DNA of 64,000 bases, from the NCBI RefSeq assembly GCF_009914755.1, contig NC_060926.1. The stretch is one strand, 5' to 3'. The stretch's first letter is position 1, and each line of letters opens with the position of its first letter. The notes under the pieces were generated by a model. The model was given only the letters and a program-made list of their open reading frames with translations. It ran no database searches and was not told the DNA's origin. This document shows positions 13,301-27,629 of the stretch, piece by piece. The position numbers were made by a program, and so were the translations under genes. The DNA is from the human T2T-CHM13v2.0 reference genome, Homo sapiens.

Positions 13301-14759
13301 AAAATGGAGACCATTTGTCAACCCAATGGATGATTGACTATGTTCAAGAGTGACAAAGCAAAAGTCTAGGTTAACAGTAAATTTGTTAAAAAATGTCACT
13401 CTCAGCACTGTGGGCTTTAAGCTAGTCTGACACATCAATTGCAGATACTCGATGATTATAATATGCAATAATAACATCTGTGTTTTTTTGGCATATGTAT
13501 TATACATGTTATCTTGCTTTTTCTCTTATGGATTCTGTGAGTTAAGTATCATCTTTAGCATTTTACATATAATAAAATCAAGGCTCGGATTCTGTTTATT
13601 GAAATTGACACTATTAACTGTAAGACATCTGTTTTATGAACTGTTAAGAAATAAAAATCATGATTATTGTAGAAGAAAGACATATTTCAAATGCAGAAAA
13701 GGGTGAGGGAGGCAGCGTGTCCGAATGAATGGGATGCTGTAGCTGGGGCAAGGTGGCCACACTCACTCGGCAGCTGTGAGGGAGATCTAGGCTATGAAGC
13801 TGGGCCTATGGAGCCAGCCCCACACCCCTGCAGCACCATTCCAGCTGCTTCTTCCTGGTCCCACCTGCCTCCCACTCTGGGTCCTGTTTCCTGCCTAAGA
13901 CAACGTCCCCTCTGGTTCACAGTCCTGCTCCTGGCCTTCCACGTAACTTTTGGCTCCTCGTCCAGCCTCAGTATGTAGTCTCTTCTCACTTCATACCACT
14001 TTGGAAACAAACCCCATGACTGATAATGATTGGGGATGATTAAAATGGAATATGTCAGCCAGCTCCCCCAAAACCTGCATAAGAGAATAAAGTTTACTAG
14101 AAAGCTAGCATTAGACATGAAAATCATTAAATATTCACTCCCACACTTACATATAAGCATCTATATCATACTTAATATGCTTAAATATAGTAAGTATAGA
14201 AGTATACTCATATACTTAACTCTCTTTACTTCTTAAATATAGATACCAGAACATTTCAGCTGCACATGAGTGGATTAGGTTTGGACTCCCCGCCTCTGCA
14301 TTGAACTGGTCCTGTCAGTTAATACTCCCATGTGTGGGTGGGGCACACGAGTGGTTTATGTAAGGCCTCACGAGGATGCTCACAACTTCACTGCAACAGC
14401 TCAGAGATCTAGCTGACACACAAACAGAATTCTTCTTAACAGTTGTTGATAATTCAGTTGAATTAGTTTAGCCAATTAGCTAAATCTCATAACAGTTTCT
14501 AATTTTTGACATGTCTTGGTTATAAGCATTTTGACAGGTTTGGAACTACCACAGGAGTTCTAAGATGTGGGACAAGGAATGAACTTGAAATCCATGTTCT
14601 CCTCTTTAGGTCCTGCACAATTCTATAATCTTCTTTCCTTCCTCCTCCTTGTGGACTAAATAATCTGAATTCTTTGGTTAGGTACCCACATCTTCTTCCA
14701 CCAAGTCTACAGAAATATTGTGGGGTAGTGAAAAGATCAAAGGGCATCCAACAGAGCCC

Positions 14760-14925
14760 TCCACTAATTCCTTTTTTGATTTTGAGCAGATAAGGAGGAC
14801 TCTGTAAGCCTCAGAGTCATCACCTGTAAAATGAGACTAGGAATTCCTTCCTGGAGGAGCTCCTGCATTACCTAATGCATAAAGCACATGAGATGTCTGG
14901 CATGTGGTAGGTGATCAGTAAGTGA
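14760..14925 (+). mobile_element. MIR
   Basis: gcctcagagtcatcacctgtaaaatgag...ctggcatgtggtaggtgatcagtaa. Confidence 0.65.
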
Positions 14926-15556
14926 CACTTACTGATGCATTTCTTCCTTGGGGCTGGAACAAAGAATTAGATGTAAGTGCTCCAGATTTGCATAATTCTA
15001 GGATTGAGTCTCTTCATTACAAACCAATTTGGGGAATTATAAAAGAAAATCTTTCATTTGTGGAAATCACTTGACTGTCATTAGATCCAGTCAATCTCTG
15101 AGTTGGAAGTTTTTGAACTAAAAGTTGACCTTCCTCCCCTCTCAAACCACCACCCTGCCACTGTGCAGCTAAGCTTCATCTGCATCCTCAGCACCCTCTC
15201 CTCATGCCCTTGGCAGTCTGGCTCCCACCCTCAACAAGCCTCTGCAGCAGCTGTCTTCCATGTCATGAGGGACCTCCTGCTTCCCACAACCCATCCAACC
15301 CATCATCCCTAAGAGACACTGGGTCCCTTCTCTTGATGGACTGGCTCTCAAGGTCCCAGGGTGACTCAACTCAGATGGAGGTCTTTGGCAAGCAGAATTT
15401 TGGGAGAACATATGGGGGCCATAATGTTGGCTATGCCTTGGAAGTTGAGCAATGTTTTTGTATTCCAATATTTTACTGAAGACCTTCTATGTGCTAAGCA
15501 ATCTATTTGTCTCTTACCATCCATTTTTTACATGAATTCTCACATCAGCTTGCAAG

Positions 15557-16109
15557 CTGAATAGAATGTGGTGGCACTGGGTGACTTCCAAGGCTGGGTC
15601 ATAAAAAGAATTACTGCTTCAGCCTGGCTCTCTCTTCCTTGTGATGCTTGCTCTTGGAACCCAGCTGCCAAGCCAGGAGGAAGCCACGGCCACACAGGGA
15701 GGTCCCATGTAAGCATTCTACCCAGCATCCCCTACTGAGGTGCCATCCAGCATCAGTCTTGACCTGTGAGTGAGCAAGCCTTTTGGATGACTCCAGGCCA
15801 AACACCGTCTGATTTAAATGACTTGAGAGACCCAGAGAGAGAACCACTCACTAGGCCCAATTAGTCCACAGAACTGTGAAGGGTAATAATAAGCAATTAT
15901 TGTTTTCCAAGACACTGAGTTTGGGGTGTAGGGTTAGAAAAAAGAGTGTTTGGGGATCAGATGGCTGATGGTACATGTACTGATTTGTGCACTGTTTCTG
16001 CTGTGAGGGTATTATTTTGTATAAATGTAATAACTTTTCTGTAGTTAAGATGAGTTGGTTAAGGTTGTTTTTGATATTACTACTGGGGGGATATTGAACC
16101 CACAGAGTC
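15557..16109 (+). repeat. Direct duplicate (derived copy) of 20804-21376: partial MLT1 LTR plus unique flank
   Basis: ctgaatagaatgtggtggcactggg...cacagagtc aligns end to end with 20804-21376. Confidence 0.97.
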
Positions 16110-16129
16110 CTTCGTAGCCTTCTTTTTGT

Positions 16130-16907
16130 TGTGATGAACAAAAAGGGCCTTTGCCCTTTGTTCTGAAAAGCTCTTGCACATCTCCACTTTGGGAAGAAAC
16201 AGGTAGAATGCATTTCTGACACCACATACTCAGAGTTTGTACGGACGTCACAGGTTAAAGGCTCGGCTTGTAAGACTGCTCTCACTTCAGATACCAGCTG
16301 ACTTCTGACTAACTGGCTACAAATTTGGGTGTTCCTGCTGCCTCCTAAGGTTTGATAATATGCTAGAGCAGCTCACAGAACTCAGGGAAGCACCCTCCTT
16401 ATGTGCTTAGTTTTATTGTAGCAAAAGGATACAAGCCTGAACCAGTAAAAAGGAGACTGCACGGGTGAACTCTGGAGGGTTCTGCACGTGAAGCTTCATG
16501 GCTTCAGGGTGTACCCTCTCCCAGCACGACTGTGTACATCACCAACCAGACAAAGTCACCCGAGCCTCAGGGGCCAGTTTTCCCAGCAGTTTAATCACAT
16601 AGGCCTGACTGAATCATTGGCCACATGATTAAACTCAGTCTGCAGTCCCCCTCCTCTCCTGGGAGGTCAGGCCAAGCTCAGCTGGCTCAAAACCCCAATC
16701 TCTAATCACATGGTTGGTCTGTTCAGCATGGTCCACCCCTTTTCTGAAAGTATTTTGGTGCCCACTTGAGTTACCTCATTAACATAAACTCAACTCAGGT
16801 GTGATCTGAGGGGGCCTGCCGTGAATAACAGACACTCCTATCATTCCAGGGACATAGAGGACACCTGCCAGGAATCGGGGACAAGGCCAGCCAAATGCTT
16901 TATTATA
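16130..16907 (-). mobile_element. MER21-like LTR
   Basis: cacttcagataccagctg, ctagagcagctcacagaactcagggaa, gccaggaatcggggacaaggcc resemble MER21 in reverse. Confidence 0.7.
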
Positions 16908-16917
16908 AAACAGAAGA

Positions 16918-17220
<303 letters not shown>

Positions 17221-17852
17221 TTACCCTGTTCAATAAGTTTTTCTCATTCTTTGATATGCCAAATAGGCTGTAATTATCCTCTTGACCTCCCAAGCCAAAT
17301 CTAGAAAGACCTTAAACTAGCTGAACACCGGATAAGTAGTGCTACATTTTAAACTTTTCTTTCCTTGATCCCAGGAGACTGAAGATGATTTAAAGTAGTG
17401 TTTGTATAATAGAGATATTCATATGCAACTGGCTGAGAATGAAGAAGCAAGGAAAGCAGTCAGATATATGTCCTTGCCACTCCAGGGCACCCTGCCTTCA
17501 GGAGCACAAGTAAGTGGAAGAGGGCCCTGGATTTAATGATTTGAGTTTCAGTTCTTCTCATTTGTGAAAGATGGATGTTACAAGGCTGATGTAGAGGCTG
17601 AATAGGATGGTGCATGTACGGCCCCTGGTATACTGCCTGTCCTACAGCAGGATATCAGTAACAGCAACTGCTATCATGACTAGACTGTTATCGAAGTGTA
17701 GTGGATAAAGGTGCAGGCTCTAAGAAAAATTACTAGGGGCATCCTGGTCGCCTTAATTTGTGGCATCTAAACATGGACAATTCTTTCTAACTTGCTGTGT
17801 TTGAGGTCTGTCCTCTGTGAAATGAGGTTAACACATGTGGTTACCATATAAA

Positions 17853-18147
<295 letters not shown>

Positions 18148-18530
18148 TAGAGTTCTTAAAATGACTTATGTGGTCTCATATGTGTAGTGCAGTGCTTGGA
18201 AAAAGTAAATACTTTAAACATGTTAGCTCTTTTTACTGTTTTCGAGTCTCTTTCCTACATTTGGAGTCTGGAGAGCTGGTTTCCAGACCACACGCCTACT
18301 CAAGCTGGGTAGGTAACCTTGGGTTCTGCATCTGTTGAAAGAGGCCAGTGGATTAAATGGCCTAGAAGGTTTCCACGAGTGCTCCTATTTCTCACTGGAG
18401 ATCGGATCAGATGGGTTTTGAGGGTGCGGGCTCACAGGTGGGATGGATTCCCAGCAGCAATGATCCTGCTGGCCAGGCCTTCTCTCACTGCACCTGTCAT
18501 TTTCTCAGCCATGCCCCCTGGAACTGGTGC

Positions 18531-19265
18531 AAATCAAAACCACAATGAGATACCATCTCACGCCAGTTAGAATGACGATCATTAAAAAGTTAGGAAATAA
18601 CAGATGCTAGAGAGGATGTGGAGAAATAGGAACGCTTTTACACTGTTGGTTGGAATGTAAATTAGTTCAACCATTGTGGAAGGCAGTGTGCCGATTCCTC
18701 AAGGATCTAGAACCAGAAATACCATTTGATCCAGCAATCCCATTACTGGGTATATACCCAAAGGATTATAAATCATTCTACTATAAAGACACATGCACAC
18801 AGATGTTTATTGCAGCACTATTCACAATAGCAAAGACTTGGAACCAACCCAAATGCCCATCAGTGATAGACTGGATAAAGAAAATGTAGCACATATACAC
18901 TATGGAGCCATATGCAGCCATAAAAGATGAGTTCATGTCCTTTGCCCAGACATGTATGACGCTGGAAAACATCATTCTCAACAAACTAGCATAGGAACCC
19001 CCGAAAACCAAACACCGCATGTTCTCATCCATAAGTGGGAGTTGAACAATGAGAACACATGGACACAGGGAGTGGAACATCATACACTGGGGCCTGTCAG
19101 GCGGTGGAGGGCTAGGGGAAGGATAGCATTAGAAGAAATGCCTAATGTAGGTGACTAGTTGATGAATGCAGCAAACCACCATGGCATGTGTATACTTATG
19201 TAACAAACCTGCATGTTCTGCACATGTATCCCAGAACTTAAAGTATAATAAAAAAGAAAAAAAAA
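18531..19265 (+). mobile_element. L1PA (approx. PA7/8) 3' end with ORF2 C-terminal remnant
   Basis: ECKLVQPLWKAVCRFLKDLEPEIPFDPAIPLLGIYPKDYKS is the L1 ORF2 C-terminus; poly-A tail; TSD aactgg(t/a)gc. Confidence 0.95.
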
Positions 19266-19980
19266 AACTGGAGCTTGCAAGCTAGTTTCTCCTCTCCTCC
19301 TCTATCCCCTCCCCACACCCACTACCTACCCTGAAAAGGAACACTGTATCAGTACATTCCTTGTTTTTGTCTCAGTTCCACTTCTGTGGAAAATGTTTTG
19401 CAACAAAATCTCCTAAAAAGCTGCTGAGAGGAGAATAGGACCCAGGTAGAAGTTATTTACAAGACGAGAGCATGCATAGAGCCTTCATTATTAGGAAGAA
19501 GTACCACTTGAAGGGAGGGTTGCTTTTTTATTACAATTCCCACTTTCCAGTGCTCTAGCCCTTTAGCTTGAGAACCGGCATGCTCAGCCCTCAAGGAGGT
19601 AATTAAGACAAGAAAGACACTTATTCGACTGAAGAATAGACAGAGAAGCTGCCAGCCCAGCCTTGGATGGTACACTGGGTCCCAACACCCTAGAGGACAA
19701 GACGTGCCAGCTGCTGCCACACTGGGAGCGCTCAGCCAGCAGCTTTCTTTACAGAAGCCTGCAGCGGGGCTCCCGCTGCCCGCCTTGCCATGCAGTGCTG
19801 ATCACAAATAACAACAGCCCCTCCTGCTTCAAAATCCCTAGTGATGCATTCAATTCGCAGAAGTCCACAGGCAGGCATTAATATTGTCTCACAGGAAAGC
19901 AACCTGGGACTCAGAAAAGTTACGTTGCTTGCCCAGTGCAATAGGTGCATTCTTTTTGCCATTGAATTTTCTATCCATAG

Positions 19981-19981
<1 letters not shown>

Positions 19982-20021
<40 letters not shown>
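19982..20021. repeat. (CA)20 microsatellite
   Basis: Perfect CA run. Confidence 0.98.
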
Positions 20022-20024
<3 letters not shown>

Positions 20025-20699
20025 GCATACTTTTAGGCACAGCAAGAAAACAATTATCTTTTTAGCTAGTCGTGTCTACCAGGGACTCAGAGGAAGGGAA
20101 CTGGCCACATAGAACACAGGCATTTGCTGTTGTTGTCTTAGCAAGTGGTTCCTTTTACTGGGGAAGTCTCGCCTCATGAATTAGATTTAGGGTTAGGGAG
20201 TTAGGGAATATCAAAAGTGACAGTAAGAATCTATTCCTTTAGATCTGACTCACATCCTGCACACGGACACTGCAAGCCACAAGCTTCCTTTCCTTAGGAG
20301 TTACAGAGAACATCAACTCCAACAACCACTTAGCACATTCTTAGGCTCACTGACCACTGCCCTTGCCAAGGATGCCAGAGACTCCCTTGTCCCATTCCAT
20401 GTTGCTGTGAGAAAAAAGGCAAGTGGGGAGTGGCATGGACCCCTTTTGGCGTATTAATGATGGGAGCAGTGAGTGCGGCACATGCCCAGACAGACCGAGC
20501 AGCCAAGGGTGGTGGCTGTGTTTAACAGCATCCCTGCATCCTGTAGAGTCTTACAAGAAACACAGCTCTGGTGACATCTGCAGGTCAGGATCTCTAAGCA
20601 TGTACACATTCATTCTCTAAGCATGGACACCCAAGCGCCTGGCTCTCTGTTTTGTTTTCCTATGGCAGTACAGTGCATAGGGCTTTTTAAAAAACTGAT

Positions 20700-21190
20700 G
20701 ACTTCACACCACATCTAAAAATTATTTGACATGCCTCCCAGCAAGAAGTGGAGCCCGAGTCCCCTTTCCTTGAGTGTGTCCTGGCCTTGGTAATTCCTCT
20801 CAACTGAATAGAATGTGGTGGCACTGGGTGACTTCCAAGGCTGGGTCTTAAAAAGAATTACTGCTTCAGCCTGGCTCTCTCTGCCTTGTGATGCTTGCTC
20901 TTGGAACCCAGCTGCCAAGCCAGGAGGAAGCCACATTTTGTTGTGGCCACACAGGGAGGTCCCATGTAAGCATTCTGCCCAGCATCCCCTCCTGAGGTGC
21001 CATCCAGCATCAATGTCTAGACCTGTGAGTGAGCAAGCCTTTTGGATGACTCCAGGCCAAACACCATCTGATTTAAACGACTTGAGAGACCCAGAGAGAG
21101 AACCACTCACTGTGCCCAATTAGTCCACAGAACTGTGAGGGATAATAATAACCAATTATTGTTTTCTGAGACATGGAGTTTGGGGTGTAG
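20700..21190 (+). mobile_element. MLT1 (F/G-like) LTR
   Basis: atttgacatgcctccc...ccttgagtgtg...gaatagaatgtggtgg...cacagaactgtgag...gagtttggggtg. Confidence 0.75.
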
Positions 21191-21376
21191 GGTTAGAAAA
21201 AAGAGCGTTTGGGGATCAGATGGCTGATGGTGCATGTACTGATTTGTGCACTGTTTCTGCTGTGAGGGTATTATTTTGTATAAATGTAATAACTTTTCTG
21301 TAATTAAGATAGAGTTGGTTAAGGTTGTTTATTCTTGATTTTACTACTGGGTGGTGTATATTGAACACACAGAGTC
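20804..21376 (+). repeat. Direct duplicate (likely source copy) of 15557-16109
   Basis: Keeps the upstream part of the LTR and a 10-bp segment (attttgttgt) that the other copy lacks. Confidence 0.97.
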
Positions 21377-21799
21377 AATGCGGGTTGTATGTTGGGTCAG
21401 AAACCTGGACTGAGACCTAACCCTTTATACTCTTGAGTCACTCAGGGTAGCAGTGTTTTCTTTGGATCAGAAATCTCTGCCAGGCCCCACTGACTGGGGA
21501 CATAAGGTTCCATTGCTAGGGTCCCAGCTGCCTGCCTGGAGTGGCATGTCTCCAGCATGTCCACAGACATAGACTAAAGAGAAAAGCAATCACTTCCTCA
21601 CCGTCGGAAAAGATTAAACTCTGGCTCCATTCCTGTCCAACTCTTTCCAGCAAACTCTAGGTGTCCTGGGTAAAGGGTGAGGAGGTGGAGGTGAGTCTAG
21701 CTCCCTGCAGCACTGTGGCCCCAGGGTCAGAAATAGCCCTGATTTCTTTTACGATGCACTCCACCCTCTGTTGTGGGGCCTTTCATGGAGGCTACATAA

Positions 21800-22521
21800 A
21801 TGTGCTTGGAATTTATTTTATCCAAGAAAAATAAAAACATGTCTTCCAAAAAAAGCCATATACAAGAATTTTTATGTTACATTTATTCAAAATAGCAAAA
21901 AATAGAGACATCACAGGTATCTATCAACAGGAGAGTGAATAAATAAACTGGAATCTATTCATACAATAAAATACTACTCAGAAATTAAAAGGAACAAAGT
22001 GTGTTTACATGCAATAATGTAAAAGAGTCTCAAAAACATAATACTAGAATAAATGAAGCTGTACACAGAAGACTATGCAGAGTATAAATTCTCATGTGAA
22101 ATTCTGAATGAGGGAAAACATTTTTTGTTCTGAAAACATGAAACCATGGAGAACAGCCTTTGTGGAGATGAGGGTGAGGATGGATGCATGGGGCAGGGGG
22201 TACTTCCCGGGGTGGAGTCATGTTCTACATCTTGAAGAGGTTTTGTCTTACACAGCTGTGCACATTGTACCGTACACATGCAATGGTACACAGAAGCTCT
22301 GTGTATTCCACTTTGTATAAATTTATCTATAGAAACAAGAACCATGAACACATGTAGAGTGCTAGTTAATATTACACATGCTGAAGTATTTGGGATGCTC
22401 TGTCAGGGTGTCTGCAACTTGCCTTGAAAAGGATTGAAAATAAGATTATTTGATGGACGGATAGAAACTGATTAAAACAAAGAAAGCAAACTACTGATTG
22501 TGGAGGTTAGGTGATAAGTAA
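21800..22521 (+). mobile_element. L1ME/MD-type 3' fragment; resumes at ~24983-25035
   Basis: tatccaagaaaaataaaaacatgtc...attcatacaataaaatactactcagaaattaaaaggaac. Confidence 0.7.
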
Positions 22522-24982
22522 TGCTGTAGTATAAATATATCTCCCAAGTTTCATGTGTTGAAAATGTAATCCCCCAATTCCCTTGCTGATCAAAGGTGGG
22601 GTTTTGGGGAGCTAATTGGAATTAGATAAAGTCATCAGGCTGGGGTTACCATGATGGGCTTGTGGGGTTGTAAGATGAAGGAGAGAGACCTGAGTTGACA
22701 CACATGCTCTTGCTCTCTCACTGTGTTGCCTTCAACCATATCATGATGCAGCACAAAGCCCTCCCCAGAAGCTGACCAGACACAGCCACCTGATCTTGGA
22801 CTTCACAGCCCCCAGAACTGTAAGAGGTAAATTTTTCCTTTATATCCAGTGTGAGTTATTCAATTATAGCAACAAAAAGCCAACTAAGACAAAAAATTGG
22901 TACCCAGCTGTTGCTATCAATACCTGAAAAGGTTGCTGTAAATACCTGAAATGTGGAAATACCTGGAAAGTTTTGGAAATGACTAATTGGTAAAGACATG
23001 AATGGAGCACTAAGGGCAATTTTGGTGAGGACTTAGAGGAATACTTCATGACTAGGGAGAGCCTGAATCTTCTTAGAGATTAAGTGGCCATGACCAAAAT
23101 GTTGATAGGAATCTGGGCAGTACAGGCCATTCTGCTGAGGTCTCAGATGAACTGAGTAACAAGGTATTGGACACTAGGGTAAAGGCCATCCTTGCCATTC
23201 TTGTTATACAGTTGCAAAGGCCTTGGCTGAATTGTATCCATGCTCAAGAGCTTTATGGAATGTAGAACTTAAGAGTGATGAACTAGGATATCTGGCAGAA
23301 CCATCTAAGGAGCAAAGCATTCTAACTGCTGCATGGCTACTTTTAACTGTAGACAGTGGGATGTGGGAGTTAAAAAATGACTTGAAATGGAATGTATAAT
23401 TAAAAGGGAAGCAGTATATAAAGATTTGAAAAAAAAAAAAAAGCCTTTCCATGCGGTAGAGAATGAAAGAGCATTTTCAGCAGAGGAAACCAAGAGTGTG
23501 ACCAAGTGACTGACTGATAAGAAAACTAGTGTGGATAGAACAAAGCCAGAGGCTATTCATCAAAACAATGGGGGAAAAACTCGAAGGCATTTTAGAGATC
23601 TTTGATTGCAACACTGTGCATGACAGCTCAGGTGTCTCCTCCTCTTTTTATGAAACCAGCAGTTCCATCACCAGGGCTTCATCCTAATGATCTTTTAAAG
23701 TCCTAATGACCTCTCAATGGCCTGCCTCCAATCAAAATGAATTCAGCAATTAAACTTCCAGCACATACAATTTCAGCAGATGAGCTACAGCCTGGGTCCA
23801 GTCTCTGATCCCTGTATTCTGGTGCAGTAATGCTTGGCTGCACCAGCTGTGGTTCTAGTGAGTCTAGGTGCAGCTTGACCCACTACCCTGCAAGGTACAA
23901 GTCATAAACCTTGGTGAAGACCATGGTGTGCTAACTCTGCAGGTGTGCAGAATGCAAGCAAGAGCTGTGGAGGCACAGCAGCCTCCACTGAGATTGCATA
24001 GGATATATCAACAACCTGGGGGCCCATGCAGAGACTTGTGGCAGGGGTGTAGCCACCCCAGAGAGTGCCTACTAGGACAATGCCTAATGAGGCTACAGAG
24101 TTGGGACCACCACCAGGACCCCACAACTGTAGAGTTCCCAGCATGCAACACCAGCCTGGAAGCACTGAAGTGTGGACTGAGCCCACCAAAGCCACAGGGG
24201 TGGGGCTGCCTAAGGCCTTGCGGGCCCAACCCTTCCACTAGTGTGTCCAGGAGGCAGCACATAGAGTGAAAGGATATTCTGGAGTCTTAAGACTTAATGT
24301 TGTTTTCCCAATTGGGTTTTGTACTTGGGACCAGTTATCTGTTCTTCTTTCTTGTTGCTCCCTTTTGAATGGTAATATCTATCCCATGCCTGTCCCATCA
24401 TTGTATTTTGAAAGTAGACAACTCATTTTGATTACAAAGGCTCACAGCTGGATGGGATTTGCCATGGGATGAATCATGCCTTGAGTCTCACATGTATCTG
24501 ATTCAAGTGAGATTCTGAACTTTGAATGTTTGAGTTGATGCCAGAATGAGTCAAGACATTGGAGCTATTGGGATGGGGGTGAATGTATTTTGCATGTGAG
24601 AAGGACATGAATTTTAGGGGTGAGGGACTAATGCTTTGGTTTGATTGCGTCCTCCAAATTTTATGTACTGGAAATTTAATCCGTAAATTCATATGTTGAT
24701 GGGAGGTGGGGCCATGCGAGGTAATTAGGATTTACAGAGGTCATCAGAACTGATGGCTTTATAAGAAGAGGGAGCGACAGCTGAGCTGTCATGCATGCTG
24801 TTGCTGTCTAGTCATGTGATGCTTTCTGCTCTGTCATGAATCGGCAGGAAGGCCCTCACCAGATGCCAGCACCATGCTCCTGGACTTGCCAGCCTTTAGA
24901 ATCATGAGCTATATAAATTTATGTTCATTGTAAATCACCCAGTCTCTGGTATTGTTAGAGTGGCAGAAAATGAACTAAAGCA
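22522..24982 (+). mobile_element. Two-LTR MaLR element (MSTC/MSTD-like LTRs 22522-22891 and 24632-24982, plus internal region)
   Basis: Both LTRs run tgct...ca; MaLR internal motifs aaaattggtacc, agagtgatgaactaggatatctggcagaa, and the 3' gaatgtattttgcatgtgagaaggacatgaattttagggg. Confidence 0.87.
23608..23782 (-). repeat. Inverted partial LTR copy inside the MaLR internal region, most similar to 24648-24804
   Basis: Reverse complement reads aaattgtatgtgctggaagtttaatt...ctgagctgtcatgcacagtgttgc; the 3' LTR reads aaattttatgtactggaaatttaat...ctgagctgtcatgcatgctgttgc. Confidence 0.8.
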
Positions 24983-25119
24983 GGTATCCGGGTGTTTGCT
25001 TTCAAGTTCTTTCCACTTTTTTCTATTTGAAAGTCCTTATAAAGAAGTTAGAAAATAGAGTGGGGGCACAACCTTGGCATGCTCCCATCCCCCACCTCTG
25101 GCATAATTTGTGGAAATAA

Positions 25120-25429
<310 letters not shown>

Positions 25430-27629
25430 CACTTGCTTTTTTTTATTTTTTAAATCTGAGAAGGGAGGCATTTTGTGCATAAAATGTAAGGCGTTCAGTG
25501 GTCGGATCTCTGTATCCCTTGTACATTGCAGCCTTGTGCTTGGCTGTGAAAAGAGAGGTATGCTTTCTCTTTGTGTATCTTGTATCAAAATTAGCTCTCC
25601 TGCCAAAATCCTGAGAGACAGTGACATCTGAATCCACACACAGGTTCTAGAAGGCAGCAACCCATGCCAGGATTGCCCCAACAGCATTCTCTGCACCTGC
25701 CCAGTGACTGGCAGAGCCCAGGCTTTCATTCCTGTAGTCCTCAGTGGGCTGAGCAGACAGGGTGGGGTTAGGAGCACATTGCATTCTGTGCCAGGGTGCT
25801 GAGGAAGAATAAGGAAAGCCATATTTTAAAACAACAAGGAAAGGGAATAAAGATTTTTCAGGAGGTTCTAATTGTGCCTTCATGTAGGCTTATTTTGTAA
25901 ACCAGAAAGCCATGCTAATATGACAGACCCTAAATGGGGAAATCAGCTGAAAATGCTTTGCAGATTTATTTTCATTATGCTCTCAACCAAATGTCTGTGC
26001 TCATTAAACAGACTTGTTGTTGATAATTTATCTTAGACTATGGGCACACAGTCGTTCCACCAGAACAACTGACCCTTGGTGGAGTTGACTGTGGGGAGAG
26101 AACTGTGTCAGCTCAGCCCTGACATCCCACCCAGTGCTGATCTGTCTCCAGAGAGGTTGGAATCACAGTGAGAGTCCTATACCAAGATCAGCTAGCAGCC
26201 TCTTCCTCCCTTCCCGGTCCCCTCCCCTACAGCGGCATTCACAGGATTCAGGGCAGGCCAATCCATGACTGTTGACAGTGGGGTTCCCACCCCCAGCATC
26301 CAGCCTACCCACAATCCCACGAACAGAGCTGGGTCCAGGCCCACGCATGGGGTCTGCACCCAGGGCCCACAGGCCCTCATTTCCGCACCTCGTACCTGCA
26401 GTCACAGAGCAGTCTGCTCTCCAGCAGAAGCTCTGGCTCCAAGTTGGACTTGGATTTTAAGCACAGCTCTGATACCCACTGTTACTGTCATCTCTATTCT
26501 AAGGAAAGTTCATACCTCGTGCTACTGAGGGGAGGGCAAAAGGAGAAGTGAATACAAATGGCCTAGCCCATTTGCTGGCCAAAATAGCAACAAATACCAA
26601 CACAACATAAATAAGGGGAAGGTCTTAGCTGTTCATTCCATGCAGAAGGGCCTCCTCTCTGCCCCCACACTCTCTGTGAGGGAAGGAGGAGTGAATTATC
26701 TAACTGGTACATTTGGGAGTAGAAGCTGGGTGCATGTGTTCAGTTAGCTTCTCCTTCTTTTCTCTTGGGGATTTGCCACATTGGGGGACCCTCGTTTGGT
26801 TCTGTCCCTTCATGCCATGAACTCCCAGGCACAGGCTTTGCCCCAGAAAGGGAGGCTGAAGCTCTTCCTTGCCTGGCACTGAGCCGGCTGGTCCCATCTG
26901 GGGTTCAGCTGAGGAAGCCTCATCCCAGAAGCTCCCCCACTGCAGGACCATGATCTAATGTCCACCTGTGTGAGACCTCCTTTCCCAGAGAAAACAAGAG
27001 CAAGGAAAACTACACCAAAGGGGCAGGCAGAGTGGTGACATAAGCCCCGTCACAGCAGGAGAGGTGGCCCTGTGCTGGCTGCATGTGCCAGGCAGTGAGG
27101 TGGATGGGGCCAGTTGCCTTTGATAAGTGGGGATCGGGCAGACATGGCCTTTGGAGAAGGGAGAGGTCTGCAGGGCAGAAAGTGATTTCCTGGAAGTAAC
27201 AAGATGTGCGTTGGACCTTCCTGGTTGGTGTGTGCATTATATGATAGGTGGATGATTCCAAGCCATTTATGAGAGGTCCTTCACTCCATGGTGGTGGCAG
27301 GCCCAGCTACGCTGCTCACTGTGATGTGAGATTCAGCCAGGTGACCTGAGACCCTCACTGTAGTCTTCCAGGGAGACTGAGAGGGGACACTAAGGGATTT
27401 GCAGCCTGTCCACGCTCTCCTTGATGCTTCCTCATGCCCTCCTCACACCGAAAGGGCCCCATTCTACAGGAGATGGGCAAGATGAGGCCATGTTCCTGGC
27501 CGCCTGTGCCTGCTGCCTCTGCAAGGCACAGGCCTCCTGTGCTGCAACCACAGTCAAGGGCTCCAGGAAGTCTACTGCAGAGGCTGTGGAAACAGAGCAC
27601 TGGAGACTTGATTTATTTTCCTTCCCTTT

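Noticed and set aside
23868-24269. 133-aa ORF in the MaLR internal region
   Set aside because: Chance open frame in a degenerate MST internal sequence; non-ATG start and no gag/pol motifs recognised.
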